Below, piece after piece: positions 11,755-23,000 of a stretch of DNA of 64,000 bases (the stretch's first letter is position 1; every line of letters begins with the position of its first letter). Origin of the DNA: Aegotheles albertisi. Its lineage: Eukaryota. The notes under the pieces are model-generated. The model ran no database searches. It was not told where the DNA came from and was given only the letters and a program-made list of their open reading frames with translations. Location of the stretch: positions 18,851,066 to 18,915,065 of the forward strand of contig CM078459.1 in assembly GCA_039906565.1 (NCBI GenBank). Direction: 5' to 3'. Position numbers and translations under genes: made by a program.

Positions 11755-11909
11755 GCTCTCGAGAGTAGCAGAAGATACGATCAGGGATTATTTTGAAGCT
11801 CGTCTTGCTTTGCTGGAGCCAGTCTTTCCTATTGCCTGTCATCGTCTCTGCGAAGGGCCGGACTTTTCTACAGATTTTAACTATAAACCCCCACAACACG
11901 TGCCAGAAG
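11755..11909 (+). CDS. MPHOSPH8: MPHOSPH8 coding exon: (T)LSRVAEDTIRDYFEARLALLEPVFPIACHRLCEGPDFSTDFNYKPPQHVPE(G).
   Basis: Acceptor 'ggtctcctag|G' and donor 'CCAGAAG|gtaggg'. Ends in phase 1. Matches the recalled MPP8 C-terminal domain 'LSRVAEETIKDYFEARLALLEPVFPIACHRLCEGPDFSTDFNYKPPQ'. Confidence 0.9.
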
Positions 11910-12274
11910 GTAGGGGCTTCTTGTTCTGGTGGGATTTCGTTTATTTTCTTAAAAAGGTAGAACAGTGTGTTAAGAAACTGCATTGTAAGTATGCGTTGAA
12001 GTATCCGCTATGCAAAATTATTTCTGTACATTGTACTGTATTGCAGTACATTGCACTAAGGCAGTTCTGGTTATGTAGTACAGGGAGAGCAGCGATGTTC
12101 TGATGCGTTGTGGGTGGGATCTCTGTGTATCTTTTATTTAAGAGACTTTATTGCCACATTCACTGCTGCTTTCTTCTGTTCATGGGTTATGTTAGCTAAC
12201 GGACAGGTATTGTAGGAATGGAGTAGTATACCTTAGAGTTAATAGTTTTGAGAAATCTTAATCTAAGAACATAT

Positions 12275-12537
12275 GAGAGGAAATGGCCTCAGGTTGTGCC
12301 ATGGGAGGTTTGGATTGGATATTAGGAAAAATTTCTCCACTGAAACAGTTGTCAGGCACTGGCACAGGCTGCTGAGGGCAGTGGTGGAGGCACCACCCCT
12401 GGAGGTGTTTTAAAGATGTGTAGATCTGGTGCTGAGGGACATGGTTTAGTGGTGGAGTTGGCAGTACTGGGTTAATGGTTGGACTTGAGGAACTTGAAGG
12501 TCTTTTCCAACAAAAACGATTCTATGATTCTGTCTTG
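12275..12537 (+). mobile_element. CR1 3'-terminal fragment (~260 bp).
   Basis: '...tgtcaggcactggcacaggctgc...gcaccacccctggaggtgttttaaagatgtgtagatctggtgctgagggacatggtttagtggtggagttggcagtactgggttaatggttggacttgaggaacttgaaggtcttttccaacaaaaacgattctatgattctgtc' is the CR1 ORF2 C-terminal coding region ([11 protein letters not shown]-like) plus the 3' UTR ending in ATTCTATG repeats. Confidence 0.8.
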
Positions 12538-13408
12538 TTTTGTAGCCTAACGCACTGGAGTGTCAGGGTATGGTCACAGCGCTGTCATTGTACAAACGCA
12601 GTCTAGAAGCACTACAAAAAAAGCCAGCATCAGTTGACTCTTGCCCATACTCTTTTTGAAAAAGCTGGGAATCAGATTTCCAGTAGACTTGGAAATGTTT
12701 CAGGATTCTTTCAGGAATCCAGCCAGATATTAATCTCTGATGCTTGGCTTAGATGAGTCATTTTTATTCACCTTTTGAGTATATCAGGGAATTATCTACT
12801 GGTACTGATTTTTCTTGAAATAATACATTAATGAGATTGAAATACTGCTTAAACTGAGATTGGAAGCAGTTGTGTCTGCTCTGTTTTCTGGTTGTTAAGA
12901 GTTGGAATTGGAAGTCTTCCAGATCTTGATTATAGGTGTTCGTTATCGAATAAAGAAACCTTATATAAGAAGTTTATGTATTAAAATGAGACATTTGTGG
13001 GTATGGAACACTTGCTTATTGGATTTCAGTGTAGTTCATGAAGATCTTTAATCTCTCTTGTTGTCCCTACCAAGGGAATAGACAACCCAAACCATGTTAA
13101 ATTCTGTAACTCTCTTTAGGTAAACCTAAAACCACAGACATGAACTGTACCAATGATTGCTGTATCCATTTTGCTTTCCTTTCTAATAGCTAGGGAAATT
13201 TCTGCTGCCAGACCTTAACTTAGCAACCAAGTCAGTTGTTTTCTGCGCTGGGATTCGCTGGCTTGGGAGGTTGGATTTCTGCATCTTGCTTTGATGCTCC
13301 ATTTAATATAATTTGTACGTAACTGTCTTCAGACGCTCAGTGCATGCAGTTGCTTTAAATAATGGATCTCTTTTCAAACAGATGTGACTGAATTCCCTTC
13401 CCTTTCAG

Positions 13409-13536
13409 GATCTGGAGTTCTTCTCTTTGTTTTCCACGCAAATTTCTTTGGCAAAGAAGTCATTGCTCGGCTCTGTGGGCCATGCAGTGTACAAGCCGTG
13501 GTTTTAAACGACAAGTTCCAGCTCCCTGTATTTTTG
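13409..13536 (+). CDS. MPHOSPH8: MPHOSPH8 coding exon: (G)SGVLLFVFHANFFGKEVIARLCGPCSVQAVVLNDKFQLPVFL.
   Basis: Acceptor 'ttcccttccctttcag|GA' and donor 'TTTTTG|gtaaat'. The incoming phase-1 G plus GA gives GGA (Gly). 128 nt. Confidence 0.9.
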
Positions 13537-13792
13537 GTAAATCTTCTCATATAACTGTATATATATATTGACTGTAAAACTGCTTTATAAAATAGTCTTT
13601 GTGGGGTAGCCTGGGAAATCTTAGTGCCTTAATTTGGATTTTGAGTATTGTGATGAAGCATTTTTTTAATCATGATAGGGTTTTTTTTTTAGTGAAACTT
13701 AATTATTCTTTGTATAAGGAGAGAACTACAAGCCTTGCATATACTAGAATCCATAAAAGCGTGTGCCTTAGAAGGCTGGGCAAACTGCTTCT

Positions 13793-13860
13793 TGGTGGCC
13801 GTGCTCAAGCAGGGCCTTGGAGCAGATGACCTCCAGAGGTCCCTTCCAACCTCACCCCCT
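13793..13860 (+). mobile_element. Short CR1 3'-end fragment.
   Basis: 'ggccgtgctcaagcagggccttggagcagatgacctccagaggtcccttccaacctcaccc' carries the CR1 terminal signature. Confidence 0.65.
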
Positions 13861-14256
13861 CTGTAATTTTGTGACTTCAGAACTGAGGGCTTGAGCAGGC
13901 AGGTGAGAATTCTGAATTTAAAGCTGTTTCACTTCTCAGGATCACCTGGCCTCTCAAATTTTTGACCCAAGTGAGTTCTTAAATACAACTATTTTGCCTC
14001 ATGTTAACAACTACCTTGTAGTTGTAATGATTAATTTCTATTTCTTGATTAATTTTTTTTAATCTGTTAAATGCATCACTGTGCACTTTATCAAGTCCTC
14101 TTGTTTCCCTGTGGTTGGACCAGAGGTTCTTTGCCATACACACAACTTTATTTCAAAAAATGCATAGTTAAAATGTTGTGTTCTGTTAATCCACTTGCAT
14201 AGCACTTCCAGCCATATCCTGCTGTTAACTTTGTCCATTGTTTTTTCCTTTTTTAG

Positions 14257-14340
14257 GATAGTCACTTTATTTATTCCTTCAGCCCTACTGCAGGCCTTAA
14301 CAAGCTTTTTATACGGTTGGCAGAAGCTCCTACTGCCAAG
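14257..14340 (+). CDS. MPHOSPH8: MPHOSPH8 coding exon: DSHFIYSFSPTAGLNKLFIRLAEAPTAK.
   Basis: Acceptor 'ttttttccttttttag|GAT' and donor 'GCCAAG|gtacaa'. Phase 0 at both ends, 28 codons. Confidence 0.9.
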
Positions 14341-15167
14341 GTACAAAATGTTCTCAAAATTAAATGTGTATGTTATTTTGTTGTACAATAACTTCCATAG
14401 TCTAAATGCTTCCTAGTTGAATGTCGCAGATGTAAAACTAAGGACTTCCCACTGTCTCTTCATCCCAGTTCCCATCAGTTACAATTCATCCTATGACATT
14501 GCTAGAACTCAGGAATATTGCCAAGGGTGTTAGTTCTGTCATAATTAAATGCTTTTATGCTGCAGTCAGAATTCATGTACCAGGATAAAGTAGTGTTACA
14601 GCTAAACGTTTTCCCATCCGTAATGTGAGTGTAATGACTAACAGATACATGGAGTGGCAGTTACTTTTTGCATACAGATGTTTTTGCTTGTGTTTTTGGG
14701 AGAACTTGGAAGTGTTTACTAGGATATGCAGTCTGCTTTTATATAGTCCGTGTAGTCTGTTGGACTTCCAGGTGGTTTGGGCATGTTGTGAGATGCATAA
14801 CGGATCGTGTTCTGGTAGCATTTATTTTTACTGTTGGAAGATGCACCAGTAAATTTTCTAAAAATTTTCTAAATGTTCTATAACTTACTCTCTTAAATGT
14901 TTTATTGTGTGAAGGTTTGGAGCTAACTTGTTCAAACACCACCTAATGCAGTAGTATTCTACTTGAGTCCTTTTACAAGCCATTCATACTTCAGTAGGGC
15001 TGCTAGAAACTGATTTTATTAAACACAGATTATCAATTCCGGGTTTTTTTCTTTCTTAGTCACTGGCAGTTGTGTGCCTTTTCTCATGCTGTTCTTACGT
15101 TAGAGGTGTGTAACACAGTAGCTACATGTGAGCAATCTTCACGTGAAACCTTTGTTTGCTTTTACAG

Positions 15168-15209
15168 GTGAAGCTGCTCATTGGCGCGTACCGAGTGCAG
15201 TTGCAGTGA
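15168..15209 (+). CDS. MPHOSPH8: MPHOSPH8 terminal coding segment: VKLLIGAYRVQLQ*, TGA stop at 15207..15209. The 3' UTR continues downstream.
   Basis: Acceptor 'tttgcttttacag|GTG'. In-frame stop after 13 codons. Matches the recalled MPP8 C-terminus '...KVKLLIGAYRVQLQ'. Confidence 0.9.
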   Translation: MKLLIGAYRVQLQ

Positions 15210-16335
15210 CCTCAGCTGCGAGTGTGTGGAGTGGACTGACACTTTTTTGGATATACTTCTGAGTCCTCTGTTTAGAGACTGACAAAGCAGTTTGGAGCTT
15301 TTTGGCACCCCACTCTTAAGACTGAGTTCCCATCTCGCTGTCCCTCGTTGGCAGTCGCATAGGAAGGCGCGTGTTGGAGAGCAGCTCGTACGCTGCGCCG
15401 GTGGCACAGGGTTGTTCAGCTGTTTTTACTTTGTACAGATGTAGATGTAAGTATTTGTGCCAATACATACAATTCTGTTTTTCCTTAACTTGTGGAGTCC
15501 AGACTGCATATTTCAGCTTTTCCACAATGTGGAATGGTGCATATGAGAACTATTTAAGGTAACTACGTGAAATGTCTTTTTTAATAGAAAGATCTTTTCC
15601 GTTTGTAAACTAAAATTTTCTACTTGCTCTAACTGTAACGTTTCTATGTAAAATGCAGAACTGTCATATTCTTGGAGCCATGAGCAAAGATTACACTTCA
15701 AAGTCACTGCATTAGATTTAACTTTTTGTTGCTGAGGGCTGTGTTCTGAGTTGAAACCGTTCCTGCTCCTGTCTGCCAATGAGAAAGCAGTTATCTGGGA
15801 GTGATTGCCTTGGGACAAACACGGTGTAAGGGCTGCGGGTATGAACAAAGACATCTGAATAGGCACAGTTCATAGAGGAGCCTGGTTGGATTCCTGGTTA
15901 CATCAGTGTGTTAAAACTACTTTTGTATTAGAGAAGCAACTGATAGTTTTACAGACATCTTAACTCTTGAGTTCTTGTTCAAGTGACATATGGGAAAACA
16001 AGTACAAGGTCAAAGTAACAAACCAGGAAACTTGTGACTACCGTAAATGCGCAGGCAATGCTTTTTGTAGACAAGAAGATATGTAGAGGATTTCATATGC
16101 TCTCAACCTGACAGATGAGAACATGGATTGTCCTTTAATTCAGAAATGCAGTTCCTCATTGCAAAGAGCTGCTAACTTCTTTTAATTATTATTTAAATGA
16201 CTCATTTTGTCACATGACAGTGGTTCTGTAATGGCCCTGCACTATAAAATACAAATTCAAAACTTCTGCATGAAGTATAGAATATTTTTCTTTGTAAATT
16301 AACAAACATTTTGAAAAGTAAAAAAAAAAATCCAG
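15210..16335 (+). other. MPHOSPH8: Putative MPHOSPH8 3' UTR. The extent is uncertain: there is no canonical AATAAA within the first ~1 kb. The A11 run near 16321 with upstream 'taaattaacaaacattttgaaaagtaaaaaaaaaaa' is one candidate end.
   Basis: Lies directly downstream of the stop codon. I could not locate the polyadenylation signal with confidence. Confidence 0.3.
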
Positions 16336-17012
16336 ATTGTGCCTTTGCAGTCCTGGTAGCCACATATAGTTTACATGCCACTGTGTGCCTATATTATTAG
16401 CAAAACTATTGTAGATAAATTCTTAATGTATTGGAGTGCTCGCCATCAGAATGGTGCAGATGTATTAAATATCCTTTTAAGAACTGTGACTTTTTACTAT
16501 AGAGTTCAGTTAACCGGTTTTAAATCTGTGGTTCTTGAAAGTTTAAAACTTTCATATATAAGAGATGCCAAATGAGTAAGTAACAAAACACAGTATTTCA
16601 GTTTTGTGGAATGTCACATATCTAAAATGAGAACAGCAACACGACATACAAACACTCATTTCTGGTTTGCTTTAGAATAGTTGCCTGTCTTTTTGCAAAC
16701 AGTATTGATGAGATGTTAGTAGGTCTGGGTTTTGAACAGACTTGGTGCCTCCATCTCTCTGAAATATGTCAAATACCTCATTTTGTGAAGTGTGAACACC
16801 TGAGGTGCATGAAAGCAGTGGCTGAGAATCAGGTTATGTCACTACCAGCACTTGAGACTTTGTGTAGCTGTGTTTCTCCTTAGTCACTGTGCATAACCGA
16901 GGAAGATGAGTAAGAAAAGCAGACATCTCGGTTTCCTTATGTTGGAGTGACGGTTTTATGGACATGGCTGCCCCTTCCTCAGTTACTCCTGCATTGTACA
17001 CTTAACAGTACA

Positions 17013-17027
17013 GTGTGTGTGTGTGTG
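17013..17027. repeat. (GT)7 dinucleotide microsatellite.
   Basis: 'cagtgtgtgtgtgtgtggtg'. Confidence 0.8.
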
Positions 17028-20000
17028 GTGAGCTCTGCATAGCACATCAGTGGTAAACGTTTGAGTTGTTTAAGGTCAGGACAAAAGGTTTTTGAACGAA
17101 TGTCCATATAATACAGATGCTATTTGGAAACTGTTGTACAGTCTAACATAAAAATGTCTAGTACTGCTCCAGGAGTTGACATAGCAAGTAGTTTGTCAAA
17201 GGCTGTTGATTTTGGGGGTTTGTTTTGGTTTTTATTCCTTGAGGCATGTGGGAGAGTGGGTGGAGTTTTCATGAGACATGGGAATAAAATTTAGGTTTGT
17301 GATGCTTTTTATTGAGGGATGGATTTTGCAGCCTTCTTTCTCCTTTAGTTGGCGATAGAAATTCAAAATCCCTACTGAAGGTGCATAAAAGGCATATGGA
17401 AAGATGGTTGAAGCTGGTTTTTGTCTGATTTTATTGTATGGTTGTTACCCAGTTGCTAAGAAAAAGGTTTTGATGGCCAAAAGCTGAAGAGAACGTTGCT
17501 ACAATAAAAAACATTTCTTCAGGCACTGTGGAGAAACACCTTTGAAGTACTTGCTCAGTTTCTTCTTGTTGCTCTCTCTCAGCAAGGCCAAGCAGTTGCA
17601 GTTACTATGAGCTGCAGTGGCAATAAATGGTTCTGAAGGCTTGGAGTCAGTGTCTCTCACTGCTGCATTGTCAGTGCTTGCATTCCTGGCTGAGGGTTGG
17701 TGGGTGATGCAGCTGACTACAGCTCCCCTGTGCTTTCTGCAGCCATTTTTCAAAAATGAGTTGGTTTTTTTTAATCAGTCTGGATGGAAGAAAGCTGTTT
17801 CAATGTACAGCAGAGGCAGCACAGTGTGCAGCTGTCATCTTAGCCAGCAGTGATTGCTCCAAGTGCCTGAGGGCTGTCCTGGAATGCCCTGTCTGTCCGT
17901 ATCTTCTATAATTCTGTTATCACCATTTGCCTTCCCATACAGGACTGGAAGAAGGCCAGCATTAAATCTGCTTCCTTTTGTCAGTCTTTCAGAGCAGTGG
18001 CAGCCCAGTAGGAGGGGAGGAAGCTGAGACATCACTGCTCAAAGAATGCATCAGGCACCATCCTGTTTTGCCAGTTTCCCTCCATAATGGAGTCTTAGCT
18101 TCTAAGAATGCAAGCAAACTACAGTGGCCGTGTCTCTCGAGGCTGCTGGGGCAGCATGGGCATGCAGTGCACACCCATCACTTAATACTGACACTTCAAC
18201 ATGCTGCAGCTTTTCTGTGGCCCATGTGAAAGGGGAAAACATTTTCCAGATTCTGAACCTGTTAAAATGTTTGAATGAAAGGCGAAGGTAAGAGTTAGTC
18301 AGGAAAAAAATACTAATTGGAGCAGGACTGAGGCAGCAGTAAAAATTAAGGTTAAAAAAAAAAAGCGTATATCTTAAAAACTAAACCATCTCAAGTGTAT
18401 CAGCCAGGAGGAAGGGATGCAGGCAGAAGACAGTTCTTTTTTGATTTCAAGGCAACTGTTTCCAGACTGAACAAACCCCAATGCCTGTCTCCATGGCTCA
18501 TGTGCTCTAACCTTCTGATCATCTTGGTGGCCTCCACTGGACTTCTTTTCATATATATCTTGTCTTCAGGAGCCCAGAACTGGTGACAGTGCTCCAGCTG
18601 CAGTCTCAGAAGTGCTGAGCAGATACGAGAGGAAAGGAGAGAGTTCTTTCCTTGCCCTTGCTCAGCTGTGCTCTGTAATGGAGCCTAGGACAGGGTTGGA
18701 CACCACCACCTTCACTTGTCCCTCAGGGCTTCGAGACAGCCTCTGCAAAGCTGCTTTGCAACCAGTGTGTGCCCAGGCTGCACAACCGCAGACGACTTAC
18801 TCAGTACCTACTGTAGAACTTTGCACCTGCCTTTTTTGAATTTGGTGAGGTTCCTGTCAGGCCCTTGATTCACATTCACTGCCTTGTTGGATTTCAGGAA
18901 ATAGAAAATAAACATCCTGTTATTCACTGATTAATTTTAAACAGTTTTATAATAGATATAGAAACTGTGAAAAAAACAAACTGTGATATATCACAGTGCA
19001 GTGTTAAAGTGTCATTGCATCAACATTCATTATTCATTTCACTCTAGTTTTTGATTTTTTTATCTTTTTATTGGGCTACCTAACTGCATGGACAACAAAA
19101 TTTTACTGAAGCTTTAATTGCCCCACTGGTTAACATTTCCTTCCAGTCCTTTTCAGCTGTTGCTGGCTCATGCCATATTCTCTAGGTAAATAATACTTTT
19201 GTGCTCTCTTAAACTCTACTGCAACTTAAACACAATCCTGTTGTTTTTTCTTTTGTCACGTATTTTAGTGCTTGAAAGTATTTTCTTACTAATTTCATTT
19301 AAATCTAAAGCCTTTTTTTTTAGTCCTAAACCAATCATTTAAACAAGGAGCAATCTTTTAATATATCATTTACTTGTTGTAGCATGTACAAACTTTAATG
19401 CTTTTATCAACACTATTTCCCAGCAGTAGTACAGGAGATCCCAAAAGAAAATCTGCTTCCTCTTCAGTCCATATAAAAAAGGAGTCAAGGCCTCAGGTAC
19501 ACATCAGAGTTGGCCAACATCAGCTTTACTATGAAATGCTCAATTTTGCCTAACACTGGGAACCACCTTTGGTGCTGGAGGCTGAGGAGTGTAACGTCAC
19601 AAAAGCTGCAAGTCATCTCCTCGCACAGGAAAAGGCATCTGGAAGTCACAAGCAGAGGTCATGTTCAGAGGGTTCTGATGTATCTTCCCGTCCGGGTGCC
19701 AGTGGGTGGGGGACAGCATCTCCGTGCTGGGTCCCTTCCTGTTATCTCAAAGGGCCCAATTCCCTCCGGCCTCGCAGGGCAGACCTGTCTGCATGCAGAA
19801 GGAATACAGCTTAAGTGAGAGTGATCAATTCATCACTCTCCACAGACTTAATCACTGGTTTACTGGCTAACAGCATTATTCTTGTGCCCAAGAGCATAGA
19901 GAGCAATGAAATAAAAAAAAAAAAAAGCACGTGTTAAGCACAAAAATAAGAGTTGTTAACCGAGCACAAGGGAAATAGATTACTTCACAAAAGTCAGGAC

Positions 20001-23000
20001 CACTGTTAAGTGCCCTAATGAATGTCAGCATGACTGTGTTCTCACCCCTGGTGGTCCCTGTAATTCCAACATGAAGAGCAGCATTTTGCACATGATCATG
20101 GTATAGCAGAAAGGCATCTTCAGCTACCAGGGGCTTTCATTAAAACCAAATGCAATGGGGAACATTTTCAGGATGGATACGGTTCAGGCTGAGAAGTCCG
20201 AACAGACACGTTAAGTGCTAACTTCCTTGAAAATGTGCTTTTGTAATCGTGGCAGAGCAAACTACAAGACTCAAAGAACTACCACAGTTGGATACAGAGC
20301 TGGGAAGGTGCTAATGATTTCCCAGCAACCCTTTCAAGAGGTTACCTGGAATTCTCTAAGCACTGCTCAGGAGCCCCAGCAGCAGGCAGCCCGACATGAC
20401 ATTTTGGCCTCACTACGAATTAAATTTGACCCCAGTTCGTTTTCTGGTATAACAAAACTGTACACAAATGTATTTCAGCGCTGAAGAAGGGAACACATTG
20501 GCACACCAAGGCCACCTCTCATCTCCCCAAAATACTGTTCAGCAACACGTTAAGGAAGACCAGACTGAGCTGACATAGCTTTTTCTGTGCAACTGATTTG
20601 GCTCACTCTCCCAGAGTCTCTTGCAACTCTCACAGCTTGCTGTTGCACACCCCATCCCAGATACAATGCAATTCACTCACATTTTTATCTCATCTTCCCT
20701 CCATTTTTAACACAATTTAATTAGGCCATTAGGCTGTGTCAGCCAGGCTCACGTTGCCACCTGAACTGCGCACACACAAACCAATAGTGGGGAAAGTGAA
20801 AGAAAGGATTTTATCACTCCACTGTGAAAAGGAGTCATTATTTCATCAGTCAAAGGAGCGCCTGTATCTCCATGGAGCCTTGGCCATCCGCTCTTCCCTT
20901 CACAGGAAGGAAACTTAGTTGAGGACAGAAAAATCCTGAGTTGCCTGGGAAAGCTGCCAGACACCAAATGGCTCTGGTGCTCAGGGACACGCAGATACGC
21001 AAGGACAAGCAAAGCGGCTGAATTCCCAACAGCTATGTGGTCAGAGCAAAACGTCAGCTGGATGGAAAAATCAGGTCAAACTTCAAAAAAATGAAGCGTT
21101 TTTTTCTGTTGTTACTACTTTTCTGGTAAAGTTTTAACTGTATTTTTTAGATTTTGTGAGTAGCTCGTAGCTTCCTTATTTCTACAGCCTGGTCTATCTG
21201 TGTGTTACGATTTTATTGTGATTTTACTACAACCACAAAATAACAGGGAACTCTTTAGTAAAGGGCAAGGCAAAACCATGAAACAAGGTGCATATCAGTT
21301 TTCCCAGCTCCTCAGCTCCCCCCTTCAGGTTAAGGAACACTTAGCCTGGACAGGTGACATGCTTCGGCCTGATGGGAGGCAGCCACAAGTGCTGAGGGAG
21401 CTGCCTCTGGCACTGCAAGGCTGCTCTGTCGCTGAAAGGCAACTGCACTTGGTGTGCAGGGACTGGAGGAAAGCGTGCGTCACCCTGATCCTCAGGCAGG
21501 GCAGGAAGGGGGACACAGGGAACTACAGGCCCTGGGAAGGCAGGTAAAACCTTAACTCAGTTTTACAGAATACATGGAAGCAGCCTTCCAGAGCAAAGCC
21601 CACCAGCTAAGGATGTTCAGAATCAGAAGCTACAACGTGAATGGTACAAACTGGATTCTGAGAGTAATGTGTCAATAACATCCAGCAGCTCAGACACAGC
21701 ATCACATTAGTGTGGCACTATGGTCTTGGGTGTAAGACACGTCCTGGCTAGCTGGATGTTGAGCTGTCTGCAAGGGCTGTGTACATGTACGTCAAGTCTT
21801 TAAAAATATGTTAACATATGACAGGAATTGTGCTGTCTGAAAGCGAGTACTAGTTGAAGTGCAGAAGCAGAATCACTCTACATCAAATCACAAATGGGAA
21901 CAAGAGGGCTCCTAATTTCAGTTATTGCTAAATAAAGCCAAATATCCTAATACATACCTGTTACTAACACCTGGTTTAGGATTCCCCTTTGTATGCATAA
22001 GACAGCAGAAGGACTCTGCACAATCCACTCTTCATCTGCATTTCAGGATTTTAATAGTAACCTAAAAAAATAAAGAGACAGTAAATAACTGTGACACTTC
22101 AAACAAACTAGAAAATATAGCAGCTTCTCTTTTCAAATACCCGTAAGTATAACATGGAGAAATAAACCATGGTAACATTTCACACTACCAGAAAAATATC
22201 AATTTATTATCTACTCATTCTTACCACTTCGTTGTTACTATACAAATTTATCTAAAGATTTAAATTTAGTTTTATTACTTCAGCAGTTAAAAAGCAGCTG
22301 TTCCAAGAACATTAAAAAGTTCCTAGATTTTCGTACTTCTGCTTGGAGATGATTAAGTGCAGTTCCACTCCAAAGAGCCCAAAGTCACTTATCTTTGATG
22401 TACGTGTTTTAAAAAACCTCCAAACAACACTACTGTTTTCTACACCTGCCAATGCATGTGGCCAAAGTGACATTTCGTCCTTCTCGTATTATTGCCACTA
22501 CAGTAGTTAAGATCCCTGCACACAACACAGAGTTATTAATGACATTTGGGAACTAACTGCTCTCACTCTGGTTGTACTGAGGGTATGGAAGCAGAAATGC
22601 AGTCTGCTCACTGTTGTGGAGCCTGCTGTGGTGCAGACATTTAACAGATACTTAAAAAGGGGCAAAGCTATACATGATACAACTGAAGTGGGGTAAAATA
22701 TTGTCCTACTTCATAACATCTCAGGACAGACCTGCATACAAGTCTCATTAAAATACATTCTAATACTAAAAGTATTAGAAATTGATGCAAACGTTTAAGA
22801 TTTTGTCGTTTTAAAACCTGTGCAGTAGATCTGCTTGCATTTGCAGTAAGTGCAGTTGGAAGAACAAACAGCAAGTCAGAGTAGAATGTTATTCCTATTA
22901 CATTTATTAATTAAAGTTATTGTAACTATACTCAAAAAGGCCTAAATGATAACTGCAAGTGTTAATAACTAACTCTGTCTGTCTACTTCCAGAGTCCACA

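Noticed and set aside
19510-21547. ORFs of 100-115 codons (19510..19818, 21200..21547).
   Set aside because: They have no splice-site context, no recognisable domain, and Arg/Pro/Ser/Leu-biased composition typical of random GC-rich DNA. I treat them as chance ORFs, but flag the region compositionally in the findings.
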